DNA from: an uncultured delta proteobacterium
GTDB taxonomy: Bacteria; Myxococcota_A; Polyangia; Haliangiales; Haliangiaceae
NCBI GenBank assembly: GCA_963848295.1
Contig: CAWKDB010000002.1
Coordinates: forward strand, 64,001-128,000
Direction of reading: 5' to 3'
DNA: 64,000 nt
Shown: in pieces, positions 49,431 to 58,968 of the stretch
Numbering within the stretch: position 1 is the first letter of the stretch
How the letters are laid out: the number at the start of each line of letters is the position of its first letter
The notes under the pieces: model-generated
What the model was told of the DNA's origin: nothing
Seen by the model: only the letters and a program-made list of their open reading frames with translations
Databases searched by the model: none
Made by a program: the position numbers and the translations under genes

Positions 49431-50584
49431 AGTCCACCGGGTTCATCGCGATCGCCCTCGCTGCGGCGGGCTGCGTGCGCGTGCCCTATCAGAAGGCCGA
49501 CGCGATGAGCGCCGAGCCGGTCGAGCACCTCGGCGAGGATCGGCTGTCGCTGCACTGGAAGTTCTCGACCGCGGATCGCTCGACCGAGATCGCGCCGCAG
49601 GAGTTCGCCGCGGCCGCGCTCGCGGCGGATACGCTGTACGTCGGCTCGGCGAGCGGCTGGTTCTACGCGCTGCGCGCTGCGACCGGCACCAAGCGGTGGC
49701 GCAAGCGGATCGGCGCGGTCGCGTGTGCACCGCTCATCAGTCGCGGCGTGGTCTACATCGGCTCGACCGATGGCGTGCTCGTCGCGCTCGACGCGCAGAC
49801 CGGCGTCGAGAAATGGCGTTACCTGAGCCGCGGGCCGATCGAACAAACCCCGGTGCCGACCGGCGACATCATCGTGTTCGCGAACGAGGCCGACGAGGTC
49901 GTCGCGGTCGACGCCGTCACCGGCAAGTTCAAGTGGCACTTCAAGAGCGAGACCCCGGAGGACTACAAGCTGCGGGGTCACGCCGGCGTCGCGATCGACA
50001 ACGATCTGATCTACACCGGGTTCTCGAACGGCACGATGGTCGCGCTGCGCCGCGACACCGGCTCGGTCGCGTGGTCGACCTCGCTCAAAGGCGATGCCGA
50101 TCGATTCATGGATCTCGACGGCACGCCGTTGATCCTGGGCGACCGCATCTACGTCTCGGCGTCGTCGGGCGGCGTGTACGCGATGGACAAGGCGAGCGGC
50201 CTCGTCCGCTGGCACACGGCGTTCTGGGACGTCTCGCTGCCGAGCGCGACCGGCAACGTCGGCGGGTTGTCGAGCGATGGCAAGACGATCTACGTCAGCG
50301 TCGCCGACCTCGGAACGTATGCGATCGATCTCGCCGGCAACATCATCTGGCGCGTCGGCGCGCGCGGCGGCGGCGAGCCCGGCACGCCGGTGGTCGCGGG
50401 CGACTTGCTCGTCTATTCGCTCTCGAACGACGGCTTGTTCCTCGCCGATCGCAGATCGGGTGAAACGGTCGAGTACTTCGATCCGGGCGACGGCATCTCG
50501 GCGCAACCGACGATCACGGCCGATGGCCGGCTGTTCGTGATGTCGAACCGCGGCACGTTGTTCGCGTTCGACCTGGATGATTGA
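49427..50584 (+). CDS. bamB: BamB-like PQQ beta-propeller lipoprotein
   Basis: Lipobox AAGC; repeated ALDAxTGxxxW blades; synteny with yfgM-like gene and der. Confidence 0.7.
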   Translation: MKSTGFIAIALAAAGCVRVPYQKADAMSAEPVEHLGEDRLSLHWKFSTADRSTEIAPQEFAAAALAADTLYVGSASGWFYALRAATGTKRWRKRIGAVACAPLISRGVVYIGSTDGVLVALDAQTGVEKWRYLSRGPIEQTPVPTGDIIVFANEADEVVAVDAVTGKFKWHFKSETPEDYKLRGHAGVAIDNDLIYTGFSNGTMVALRRDTGSVAWSTSLKGDADRFMDLDGTPLILGDRIYVSASSGGVYAMDKASGLVRWHTAFWDVSLPSATGNVGGLSSDGKTIYVSVADLGTYAIDLAGNIIWRVGARGGGEPGTPVVAGDLLVYSLSNDGLFLADRRSGETVEYFDPGDGISAQPTITADGRLFVMSNRGTLFAFDLDD

Positions 50585-50620
50585 GCCGCCTCGATCGAGC
50601 CGCCGTCGGCGTCGGGCGGT

Positions 50621-51532
50621 CTAGAGCGGATCGCAGAACGGCGGCGCCGGCTTCGCGATCAAGTAGCCCTGGAGCAAGTCGCAACCGAGATCGACGAGCA
50701 CCTTCGCCTCGGCCTCGGTCTCGACGCCTTCACCGATCACCTGCATGCCGTGGCTGCGGCACAGCTCGGTGACCGAGCCGATCAGCCGTTGCTTCATCGC
50801 GTGCTTGTCGACGTCGCGAACGAGCGACATGTCGAGCTTGACGAAATCGGTGTCGAGCGGCGTGAACGTCTGCATCCGGGCGTGACCGCCACCCAGATCG
50901 TCGATCGCGATCTTGAACCCGAGCTCGCGTAGCTCGGCGACGCGGTAGCGGATGTCAGCCTGACCGTCGAGCGAGGTCCGCTCGGTGATCTCGAGCACGA
51001 CGCGGTGTGCGACCTTCGACAGCGGCGAGAACGGCGACGTCAGCTGCTTGTCGAGCAGATCGAGCAGGTGAAGATTCACGAACACGAGGCCGCGCTCGGC
51101 GGGCGACGCCGCGATCACCTGGGCGACCTGCGCACGTACCGCGCGCCCGAGCATCGGGATGCGCTCGAGGCGTTCGGCGGCATCGAGGATCGCCCCGGGG
51201 TGCGGTAGCGAGCGATCGCCGGAACGCAGCAGCGCCTCGTACGCGAACCGCGAGCGATCGCGCGCGTGGACGATCGGCTGGAAGTGCATCGCGAGGGACG
51301 CGAGGCACGCGTCGAGCTTGACCTCGAGCTCGCGGAGCTCGTGCGTACCGCGCTCGCCTTCGAACAGCGCCTGCGGTGACGTGCCCTTTGGAAAATCCTG
51401 TGCGGCCGGCTCGTCGAGCTCGATCGCGTGCATCGGCGCCGTCAAGGCGCGACCAGAGGTCGCACGGCCAGACGGTTGATCGGTACGCCGATCGGAGCCC
51501 ACGACACCATGGTAGCGCGAGGGTCGGCTCAC
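50621..51532 (-). CDS. Stand-alone EAL-domain protein (start uncertain)
   Basis: FQPIV, EALLR, FVN, LEITE, IAIDDLG, VKLD, EGVET, QGY. Confidence 0.9.
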   Translation of the reverse strand: MSRPSRYHGVVGSDRRTDQPSGRATSGRALTAPMHAIELDEPAAQDFPKGTSPQALFEGERGTHELRELEVKLDACLASLAMHFQPIVHARDRSRFAYEALLRSGDRSLPHPGAILDAAERLERIPMLGRAVRAQVAQVIAASPAERGLVFVNLHLLDLLDKQLTSPFSPLSKVAHRVVLEITERTSLDGQADIRYRVAELRELGFKIAIDDLGGGHARMQTFTPLDTDFVKLDMSLVRDVDKHAMKQRLIGSVTELCRSHGMQVIGEGVETEAEAKVLVDLGCDLLQGYLIAKPAPPFCDPL

Positions 51533-51592
51533 TCGCCAATCTAAGAATTCGACGACGATGTAGGCCCAGGACGCCGGACCATTCTAGGACAC

Positions 51593-52060
51593 CTAACAGA
51601 GCCGACGGAGGTGCTCGCGAAACTCGGCGACCACCGAAGACGCCAGATGGCCGTCGAGCTCCTGCGCCATCCGCTCGTCGATCACGGGGAGCTCGAGGAC
51701 GAGGCGGTACAGCATCAGGCATGCGCGCGCCGACAGCGGAACGAACCGGGCCTCACCGCTCAGCACGACGTTGGACGTATCCGGCGTAGTCCAGCTAACC
51801 GTCAGGGTCGTCGGATCGTAACGATATTCGAGGGTGTAGCCGAGCGAGCCGCGCTCGAGCCTGCGGGTGAACGTCACGCGTTCCGCCCGGCCGTCGTCGC
51901 GGCGGCTGACCACGTGCGCTTTCTGCAGGATCGGCAGCCACCGCGGAATCTCCGCGGCGTCTGCGAAGACCTCATAGGCGACGGAGGCGTTGACCGTCAG
52001 CGTGGTCGAGACCTCGCTGACGAGGGGGATGTCGGTGGGAAATGAGATCGCGGTGGCCAT
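51593..52060 (-). CDS. SRPBCC/START-like cyclase-dehydrase family protein
   Basis: YEVFADAAEIPRWLP...YTLEYRYD...VSW pattern. Confidence 0.8.
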   Translation of the reverse strand: MATAISFPTDIPLVSEVSTTLTVNASVAYEVFADAAEIPRWLPILQKAHVVSRRDDGRAERVTFTRRLERGSLGYTLEYRYDPTTLTVSWTTPDTSNVVLSGEARFVPLSARACLMLYRLVLELPVIDERMAQELDGHLASSVVAEFREHLRRLC

Positions 52061-52225
52061 GACTGCTCCTGCGCTCTTGTCCTACAGCAACCGCGATACC
52101 AGCCCGAGAGGGGCGATCGGCCACGTGGTTCTGCGGAGTTGAACGCGGCTCGGGCGGAAGACGATCGCGCCGCGGCAAGTCGAGTGGTCGCCTCCAACAG
52201 TCCCCGGTGCGCGTCTAGTGCAAAC

Positions 52226-55200
52226 CTAGCGCGGCGTCACGACGAGCCCGCGGTAGTCGAGCCGGGCACCCGCCGCCACCAGGGCCGCCGCCCACGGCGA
52301 GCTCGATGCGGCGGTCCCGTCGATCGTCTCGACCAAGAGCTCGCGACGACGTTGGCGAACGGCGAGCGCCGGCAGCGCGACGGCGAGCGCGTGCGCGACT
52401 TGCTCGTCGCCGACCGCGGCGGTCGCGATGCGATGGCCGCGCGGCTCGATCCACAGCGCGAGCTCGCCGTCGACCTGCGCGATCGCGGCGCCGACTCGGC
52501 GCGCCGGCCGCGCCGCAGGATCGCGCAGCGCCGGCCAGGGCAGGGCGCTGCCCCAGGCGCACGCCGGATCGAGCGCGGCGAGCAGGTCGACGTTGTGGCG
52601 AGGCCGCTCCCGTAGCCGGTCGATCGCCCCGGGCCACGCGAACTGCGCGCCCTCGAGCTCGGCGACGAAATAACCGCGGCGAACGACGCCGGCATCTTCC
52701 ATCGCGCGCAAGACGTCGCCGACGACCGCGAAGCCTCCCGGCAGCTCGTCGCTGCGCGCGGCCGCGCGACTCGCGATGCCCCAGCGCTCGAGCAAGCCTT
52801 CGGCGAGCATGTGCGCGCGATTCGTCGCGGTCGGCGGAGCGCCGAAGCTCGCGACCAACGACCAGCGACCGCCCGGCGATCTAACCGCACTGCCATTCGG
52901 CAGTGCTGCTGGCCGAGCGCGGGTCCCGGCGCGCGGCGCGTGGCCCGAGCCGCGGCGCGTCGCCGGTGCGGCGAGCGAGCGCAACGGCGCGAACGTATCG
53001 TTCGTGACCACGCCGGCCCACACCAGCTGCCACAGCGCCGCGGTGACGTCGGCACGCGAGGCGCGGGTCGCGGCCTCGAGGGCGACCAAGAACGACGCGC
53101 CCGCGGTCGCGAGATGCGCGGTGATCGCGGCGTGGAGCACGCCGTCGCCGGCGATCGGCTGCGCTGGCGGAGCGAGCCCGGCGGCTCGAGCGCGACGCAG
53201 CAGGATGACGCGACCATCTCGCGCGCCGAGCGCGCCCGCTCCGACCCACACGAGCTCGCCGGCGGCGCCGAGCTCGTCGAGCATGCGCGGGTGATAGTCC
53301 GCGATCCGCGCCGGCAAGATCCGGGACTCGAGCTCCGACATCGGCAGCGCGACACCCTCGAGCCGCGCGATCGCATCGCGCAACGCCCCGATCCCGCGCC
53401 GTGGTTGATCGAGCCCATGCCACCGCGGCAAGAACGCGGCGAACGTCGCCGGCGACACCGGCGCGACCTCGGCGCGCAGCTTGACGAGCGTGCGGCGGCG
53501 CAGCGTGCGCAGGACGTCCTGATCACAATTGTCGATCCCGACGCTTCCCGGGCGCAGCTCGCCCCGGACGAGCTCGCCACGAGTCTCGAGCAGGATCAGC
53601 ACCGGTTCGATCGTCGCGAGCGGCAGGGCCCAGCGCTCGGCGATCGCCTCGGCGCTGAAGATGCTGTGGGTCTTCGCGTAGCGCCGAATCAACGAGATCA
53701 ACGCGTCCGGTTCCGGCGTAGGCGTCGGTGACCCCAGGATCCCGCGATATCGAGCCTGATCGGCGGAGTCGATGATCCTGTGCTGTCCCGCGATCGTGAT
53801 CTCGACCGCGAGCTGCGCGGAGATCAGCTCGCTCACGCCTACGCTCGCGTTGACGCCTACGCATCGGACGCGTAGCTCGTCGATGGACAGATCGCCGAGC
53901 CTTCGCAAGAGATCGTGGAGCTCGTCGCGATCGCGCGCGCGACGGTCCTCGGCCGTGCGCTGGAGCTCGCTGTCGAGATCGGCGATCACGCTACTGTCGA
54001 GCAGCTCGCGCAGCTCACCGCCGCCGATCAGCTCGCGCAACAAGCCGCGATCGAGCGTCAGGGCCTGAGCCTTGCGCTCGGCGACCGGGGCATCTCCTTC
54101 GTACAGAAAAGCCGCGACGTAGTCGAACACGAGCGAGCGAGCGAACGGCGAGGCCATCGCGGTCTCCGCGGCCTCGACCCGGATCTCGCCGGACCGTAGC
54201 TGGCGCAAGATCGCGACGAGCGCGGGCACGTCGAAGATGTCGCGCAGACACTCGCGATAGGTCTCGAGCGTGATCGGAAACTGCGGGAACGCGAGCGCGA
54301 CGGCCATCAGCTGCTGCGCGCGCAGGCGCTGCGCCCACAATGGTGTGCGCTGGCCCGGGCGGCGGCGCGGCAGCAACAACGCACGCGCGGCGTTCTGGCG
54401 AAACTGGCTCGCGAACACGCTCGACCGGGCGAGCTCGTCGACCAGACGATGTTCGAACGTGTCGGGATCGAGGATCAGGGCGGCGTCGTCGGGGATGACA
54501 TCACCGTGGACGAACCGCAGCGCGATCCCGTCGTCGGTCCACATCGGGTGCACCGGATAGCCGAGTCGATCTTCGAGCTGGCGCGCGAGCACGAGGGCCC
54601 ACGGCGCGTGGACGCGGCCGCCGAACGGCGACAGGATGCACACCCGGACATCGCCGAGCTCGTCGCGGAACCGCTCGATCGTGATCGCGCGGTCGCTCGG
54701 CACCCCACCGGCGTGCGCGCGCTGCTCGGCGAGGTACGCGATCACGTTCGTCGCCGCGTGATCGTCGAGCGCATAGTCGGCGCGCAACCAGGCGTGGGTC
54801 ACCGCCGGATCTTCGTGCGCCAGCCGGCCATCGAGCTCGCGACAAAACGCGCCGAGCGCGACGCCGAGCTCGACCGGCCGGCCCGGACCCTCGCCGCGCC
54901 AGAACGGCATCTTGCCGGGCTCGCCCGGCGCCGGTCGCACGACGACGCGATCGCGCGTGATCGCCTCGATCCGCCACGTCGTCGCGCCGAGCACGAACGT
55001 CTCGCCGGGCCGGCTCTCGGCGACCATCTCCTCGTCGAGCTCACCGACCCGCGGCCCGTTCTCGCCGACGTGAACGCCGTAGCTGCCGCGATCCGGAATC
55101 GTGCCGCCCGAGGTCACCGCGATCAGCGCCGCGCCTCGGCGCGCGGTGAGCACGTCGGCCTGGCGATCCCAGACCAGTCGCGGTCGGAGCTCGGCGAACG

Positions 55201-56704
55201 CATCCGACGGATAGCGCCCGGCGAGCATATCGAGCACGGCGACGAACGCGGCCCGAGACAGGTCGCGGTAGCTCGCCGCGCGCCGGATCACGCGCTCGAG
55301 CTCGGGGACCGACCACGGTTCGACCGCGACCATGGCGACGATCTGCTGTGCGAGCACGTCGAGCGCATTGTCCGGAATCCGGACAGCTTCGACCGCGCCG
55401 TCGAGCATCCCGCGCGCCACGACCGCGGCCTCGAGCAGGTCGCCGCGGAACTTCGGGATGATCCGCCCGCGGCTCGTACCACCGACGTGATGGCCGGCGC
55501 GGCCGATCCGTTGCAAGCCACGCGCGACCGCGCCGGGTGACTCGACCTGGATCACGAGATCGACCGCGCCCATGTCGATGCCGAGCTCGAGCGACGAAGT
55601 CGCGACGATCGCGCGCAGCCGGCCGGCCTTCATCGCATCCTCGATCTCGACGCGGGCGTGACGCGCGACCGAGCCGTGATGGGCGCGCGCGAGCTCGGCG
55701 TTCTCGGGCGCGCGACCGGACTTCGCCGCGAGCTGATTCAGCTCCTGTGCGATTCGCTCGGCGAGCCGGCGCGAGTTGACGAAGATGATCGTGGTGCGAT
55801 GCGCGAGCACGAGGTCGAGCAGGCGCGGATAGATCAGCGGCCACATCCCGCCGGCGTCCTCGCGGCCACGCGCGGTCGATCCAACCGCACTGCCATTCGG
55901 CAGTGCTGACGTCGCGGGGCGAGCCCGCGACGTCGGGGTCGCGACCATGTCTTGGGCGGGGACCACGATCTGGAGATCCAGGGCAGGTCGGCTGCTCGCG
56001 TCGACGATCGCGACCGGTCGGTCCCCGCCGAGATATCGAGCCACTTCGCTAAGTGGACGTTGCGTCGCCGACAGGCCGATCCGCTGCGGTTCTGGCGAGC
56101 CGTGCGCGGTGACGAGGCGCTCGAGCCGCTCGAGGCTGAGCGCGAGGTGAACGCCTCGCTTGCCGCCGGCGAGGGCGTGGATCTCGTCGATGATCACGGT
56201 GTCGACCTCGGCGAGTCGCGCGCGCGAGCGGCCGGCGAGCAGCAGGTACAGCGACTCCGGCGTCGTGATCAGGATCTGGGCGGGCGCGACGAGCTGGCGG
56301 GCGCGCTCCTTGGCCGACGTGTCGCCGGTCCGCACGTCGATCGTGACGCTGCCGCCGATGCCGGCGAGCGGCGTGCGCAGATTCTTCTCGAGGTCGTACG
56401 CGAGCGCCTTGATCGGCGAGACGTAGACGACACGGGTGGTCGACCGAACCGCACCGCCATCCGGTGCTGCCGCCCCCGGGCGAGCCGGGACCGTCGATGC
56501 GGCGGGTTCGGGCCCGCGCAACAGGCGATCGAGGCACCACAAGAACGCCGCGAGCGTCTTGCCGCTGCCGGTGGGCGCCGCCATCAGGGTGTGACGGCCG
56601 GCGGCTACTTCGGCCCAGCCGCGGATCTGTACATCGGTCGGCTCGCCGAGCGCGCGACGGAACCACTCGCGAGTCGCGGGTGCGAAGCGGTCGAGCGCGA
56701 TCAC
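52226..56704 (-). CDS. lhr: Lhr-family ATP-dependent DEAD/DEAH-box helicase (long form)
   Basis: APTGSGKT, SPIKAL, TTPESL, DEIH, LSAT, HHGS, TSSLELGID, QRIGRAGH, GTIPD, GELDEE. Confidence 0.95.
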   Translation of the reverse strand: MIALDRFAPATREWFRRALGEPTDVQIRGWAEVAAGRHTLMAAPTGSGKTLAAFLWCLDRLLRGPEPAASTVPARPGAAAPDGGAVRSTTRVVYVSPIKALAYDLEKNLRTPLAGIGGSVTIDVRTGDTSAKERARQLVAPAQILITTPESLYLLLAGRSRARLAEVDTVIIDEIHALAGGKRGVHLALSLERLERLVTAHGSPEPQRIGLSATQRPLSEVARYLGGDRPVAIVDASSRPALDLQIVVPAQDMVATPTSRARPATSALPNGSAVGSTARGREDAGGMWPLIYPRLLDLVLAHRTTIIFVNSRRLAERIAQELNQLAAKSGRAPENAELARAHHGSVARHARVEIEDAMKAGRLRAIVATSSLELGIDMGAVDLVIQVESPGAVARGLQRIGRAGHHVGGTSRGRIIPKFRGDLLEAAVVARGMLDGAVEAVRIPDNALDVLAQQIVAMVAVEPWSVPELERVIRRAASYRDLSRAAFVAVLDMLAGRYPSDAFAELRPRLVWDRQADVLTARRGAALIAVTSGGTIPDRGSYGVHVGENGPRVGELDEEMVAESRPGETFVLGATTWRIEAITRDRVVVRPAPGEPGKMPFWRGEGPGRPVELGVALGAFCRELDGRLAHEDPAVTHAWLRADYALDDHAATNVIAYLAEQRAHAGGVPSDRAITIERFRDELGDVRVCILSPFGGRVHAPWALVLARQLEDRLGYPVHPMWTDDGIALRFVHGDVIPDDAALILDPDTFEHRLVDELARSSVFASQFRQNAARALLLPRRRPGQRTPLWAQRLRAQQLMAVALAFPQFPITLETYRECLRDIFDVPALVAILRQLRSGEIRVEAAETAMASPFARSLVFDYVAAFLYEGDAPVAERKAQALTLDRGLLRELIGGGELRELLDSSVIADLDSELQRTAEDRRARDRDELHDLLRRLGDLSIDELRVRCVGVNASVGVSELISAQLAVEITIAGQHRIIDSADQARYRGILGSPTPTPEPDALISLIRRYAKTHSIFSAEAIAERWALPLATIEPVLILLETRGELVRGELRPGSVGIDNCDQDVLRTLRRRTLVKLRAEVAPVSPATFAAFLPRWHGLDQPRRGIGALRDAIARLEGVALPMSELESRILPARIADYHPRMLDELGAAGELVWVGAGALGARDGRVILLRRARAAGLAPPAQPIAGDGVLHAAITAHLATAGASFLVALEAATRASRADVTAALWQLVWAGVVTNDTFAPLRSLAAPATRRGSGHAPRAGTRARPAALPNGSAVRSPGGRWSLVASFGAPPTATNRAHMLAEGLLERWGIASRAAARSDELPGGFAVVGDVLRAMEDAGVVRRGYFVAELEGAQFAWPGAIDRLRERPRHNVDLLAALDPACAWGSALPWPALRDPAARPARRVGAAIAQVDGELALWIEPRGHRIATAAVGDEQVAHALAVALPALAVRQRRRELLVETIDGTAASSSPWAAALVAAGARLDYRGLVVTPR
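52875..52936 (-). repeat. Intragenic two-hairpin palindromic element, lhr copy 1
   Basis: Coding strand GCCGGG-ACCCGCG-CTCGGC..CAGCACTGCCGAATGGCAGTGCGGTTAGATCG. Confidence 0.8.
55875..55936 (-). repeat. Intragenic two-hairpin palindromic element, lhr copy 2
   Basis: Coding strand GACGTCGCGGG-CTCGC-CCCGCGACGTC-AGCACTGCCGAATGGCAGTGCGGTTGGATCGAC; core matches copy 1 at 31 of 32 positions. Confidence 0.85.
56439..56497 (-). repeat. Intragenic two-hairpin palindromic element, lhr copy 3 (3-nt deletion)
   Basis: Coding strand TCGACGGTCCCGG-CTCGC-CCGGGGGCGG-CAGCACCGGATGGCGGTGCGGTTCGG-TCGAC; the two TCGAC are 54 bp apart. Confidence 0.75.
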
Positions 56705-56716
56705 GCGCCGACGATG

Positions 56717-57090
56717 TCACGGACCGCAGGTGACGTTCATGGAGGCGAGCGTCGCGTTTCCGCCCATGACCGAGACGGTATAGGCGTGCGACGCTCCCGG
56801 ATCTTGCTGCTCGAACTGCGATAGGGCCCACGACGCGGTGGTCGTCGCGGTGGCCGAGCTCGGAATGCAGCCGCCCGCGCCGCGCCGGTATTGCCCCAGG
56901 TGCCGCAATCGAGGTTCGCGGTCGATGCGATGCCGTCGCTGAAGAAGATCGCGTCGGCCCCGCAGCCCGAGATCGTGCCGGAGGCCTGGAGCGTGTAGTC
57001 GGTGAACGGCGGATCGCTGACGCCGCCGCCCCTCGTCGAGGAGGCCCTGTCCGAGTTGACATAAGATGGATTCTGCGACGCGACTAGCAT
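56717..57090 (-). CDS. Small Cys/Ser/Thr-rich hypothetical protein or fragment (frameshift near 56880)
   Basis: Two ORFs join: ...CGTWGNTGA/AGGCIPSSATATTTASW...VTCGP. Confidence 0.45.
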
Positions 57091-57117
57091 GACCGCCCGG
57101 CCTGCTAGGATGCCCGC

Positions 57118-57306
57118 ATGCATCGCCCCTGGTTCGTGTGCGCCGCGCTCACCGTCGGCGCGTGCGGCGGCTCGACCACCTCGGTTGGCTGCACCGCGTT
57201 TACCAGCAGCGACGGCACGATCGGCTGCTGCTACGCCACCTACACCGATGGCGGCACGGTCTACGACACGATCGACTACATTACCAAGGACTGCGCGCCG
57301 ACCTGA
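57118..57306 (+). CDS. Small Cys-rich lipoprotein
   Basis: Lipobox VGAC; four further Cys in 46 mature residues. Confidence 0.55.
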   Translation: MHRPWFVCAALTVGACGGSTTSVGCTAFTSSDGTIGCCYATYTDGGTVYDTIDYITKDCAPT

Positions 57307-57351
57307 GCCCGAGCGCGTCGAGCCTGGTCGGTGGCCGAGCGATCGAAAATC

Positions 57352-58902
57352 TTATCGCGCGGGCGCCATGCGGTGGCCGAGTGACGAGATCTCGTCTTGG
57401 GTCAGGCCGCCCGATGCCTCGATCGTCACACTCGCCGCGCGCCCGGTGCCGACCTCGGTCGCGCTGACCTCGAGGATGCCGTCCGCGTTCATCGTGAAGC
57501 TGACCTCGACCTTCGTGTGGCCGCGCGGTGCCGACTTGAGATCGCCGAGGAAGAACTTGCCGAGCCGGCGGTTCTTCGACGCCGCCTCGTGCTCGCCTTG
57601 ATAGATCTCGATCTCGACGTACGTCTGGTCGTCGCCGTTCGTCGCCAAGATCTTCTTCGCGCGCGTCGGGATGCTGGTGTTCGCGCCGATCACGACCGAC
57701 ATGCGATCGCCGGTGAGCCTGACCCCGATGTTGTGAGGCGTCACGTCCAGCAGCACGACCTCTTGCAGCTCGCCGCCGATGATCCCGGAGTGGACGGCCG
57801 CGCCCATCGCGACGATCTCGTCGGGGTTGACGCCCTTGCTAGGCGGCTTGCCGAAGATCCGGACCGCACGTTCTTGCACGGCCGGCATGCGGCTCATCCC
57901 ACCGACGAGCACGATCTGGTCGATGTCGGCCGCCGTACAGTGCGCATCGGCGAGCGCCTTGGTGCACGGCTGTTCGAGGCGTTCGAGCAGCGCCTTGCAT
58001 GCGCGCTCGAGCTGACCGCGTTCGAGCTCGCGCATGAGGTGCATCGGTCCGCTCGGGCCCGCGGCGATGAACGGCAAGTTGATGTCGGTGGTCATCGCCG
58101 ACGACAGCTCGACCTTCGCCCGCTCGGCCGCCTCCTTGAGCCGCTGCAGCGCAACCGAATCGGCGCGCAGGTCGATGCCGTGCTGCGCCGCGAACTCGTC
58201 GGCGAGCAGATCGATGATCACGCGGTCGAAGTCGTCGCCGCCGAGCGCGGTATCGCCGTAGGTCGACAGGACCTCGAACACCCCGTTCTCGATCGCGAGG
58301 ATCGAGATGTCGAACGTCCCGCCGCCGAGGTCGAACACCGCGAGCCGCTGGTTGTGCTGGTGATGCACGCCGTACGCGAGTGCCGCCGCGGTCGGCTCGT
58401 TCAGGATCGCGCGCACGGTCAGGCCGGCGATCGCGCCGGCATCCTTGGTGGCTTGGCGCTGACCGTCGTCGAAGTACGCCGGCACGGTCACGACCGCCTC
58501 GGTCACTGGCTCGCCGAGATAGTCCTCGGCGACCCGCTTCATCTTCGCGAGCACGTGAGCCGAGATCTCTTGCGGCGATCGCGGGGTCTCGGCGATCTCG
58601 ACCCAGGCATCGCCGTTCTTGGCCGCGACGATCTTGTACGGCAACCGGCTCGCGAGGTGCTGGACCTCGCTCGCCTTGCGTCCGATCAGCCGCTTCGCGC
58701 CGTAGACCGTGCGATGCGGGTTCGTCACCATCTGGCGCTTGCTCGCCGCTCCGACGACGACTTCTCCGTCGGCGTTCCACGACACCATCGACGGCGTGGT
58801 CCGCCCGCCTTCTTGGTTGTGGATCACCACGGCCTCGCCGCCTTCGAGCACCGCAATGCACGAGTTCGTCGTCCCGAGATCGATCCCGATGACGCGGCTC
58901 AT
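57352..58902 (-). CDS. dnaK: DnaK-like Hsp70 paralog lacking the C-terminal lid
   Basis: GIDLGTTNS, TVPAYF, DLGGGTFD, LGGDDFD, VGGMSRMP, NPDE; only 516 aa, ending after SGGLTQDEI. Confidence 0.9.
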   Translation of the reverse strand: MSRVIGIDLGTTNSCIAVLEGGEAVVIHNQEGGRTTPSMVSWNADGEVVVGAASKRQMVTNPHRTVYGAKRLIGRKASEVQHLASRLPYKIVAAKNGDAWVEIAETPRSPQEISAHVLAKMKRVAEDYLGEPVTEAVVTVPAYFDDGQRQATKDAGAIAGLTVRAILNEPTAAALAYGVHHQHNQRLAVFDLGGGTFDISILAIENGVFEVLSTYGDTALGGDDFDRVIIDLLADEFAAQHGIDLRADSVALQRLKEAAERAKVELSSAMTTDINLPFIAAGPSGPMHLMRELERGQLERACKALLERLEQPCTKALADAHCTAADIDQIVLVGGMSRMPAVQERAVRIFGKPPSKGVNPDEIVAMGAAVHSGIIGGELQEVVLLDVTPHNIGVRLTGDRMSVVIGANTSIPTRAKKILATNGDDQTYVEIEIYQGEHEAASKNRRLGKFFLGDLKSAPRGHTKVEVSFTMNADGILEVSATEVGTGRAASVTIEASGGLTQDEISSLGHRMAPAR

Positions 58903-58968
58903 CGCGAAGCCAGTATATGTCGAAACTCGAGGTGCGGCGCTAGGACGGCGGCGCGTAGCGCACCTCTA

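Noticed and set aside
50592..50621. Intergenic CGATCGAGCCGC... resembling the element's reverse complement
   Set aside because: Only the first ~12 nt match and the core hairpin is absent.
53520..54130. Apparently more AT-rich patch inside lhr, possibly a recombined tract
   Set aside because: Impression only; it cannot be quantified without computation and the frame is intact.
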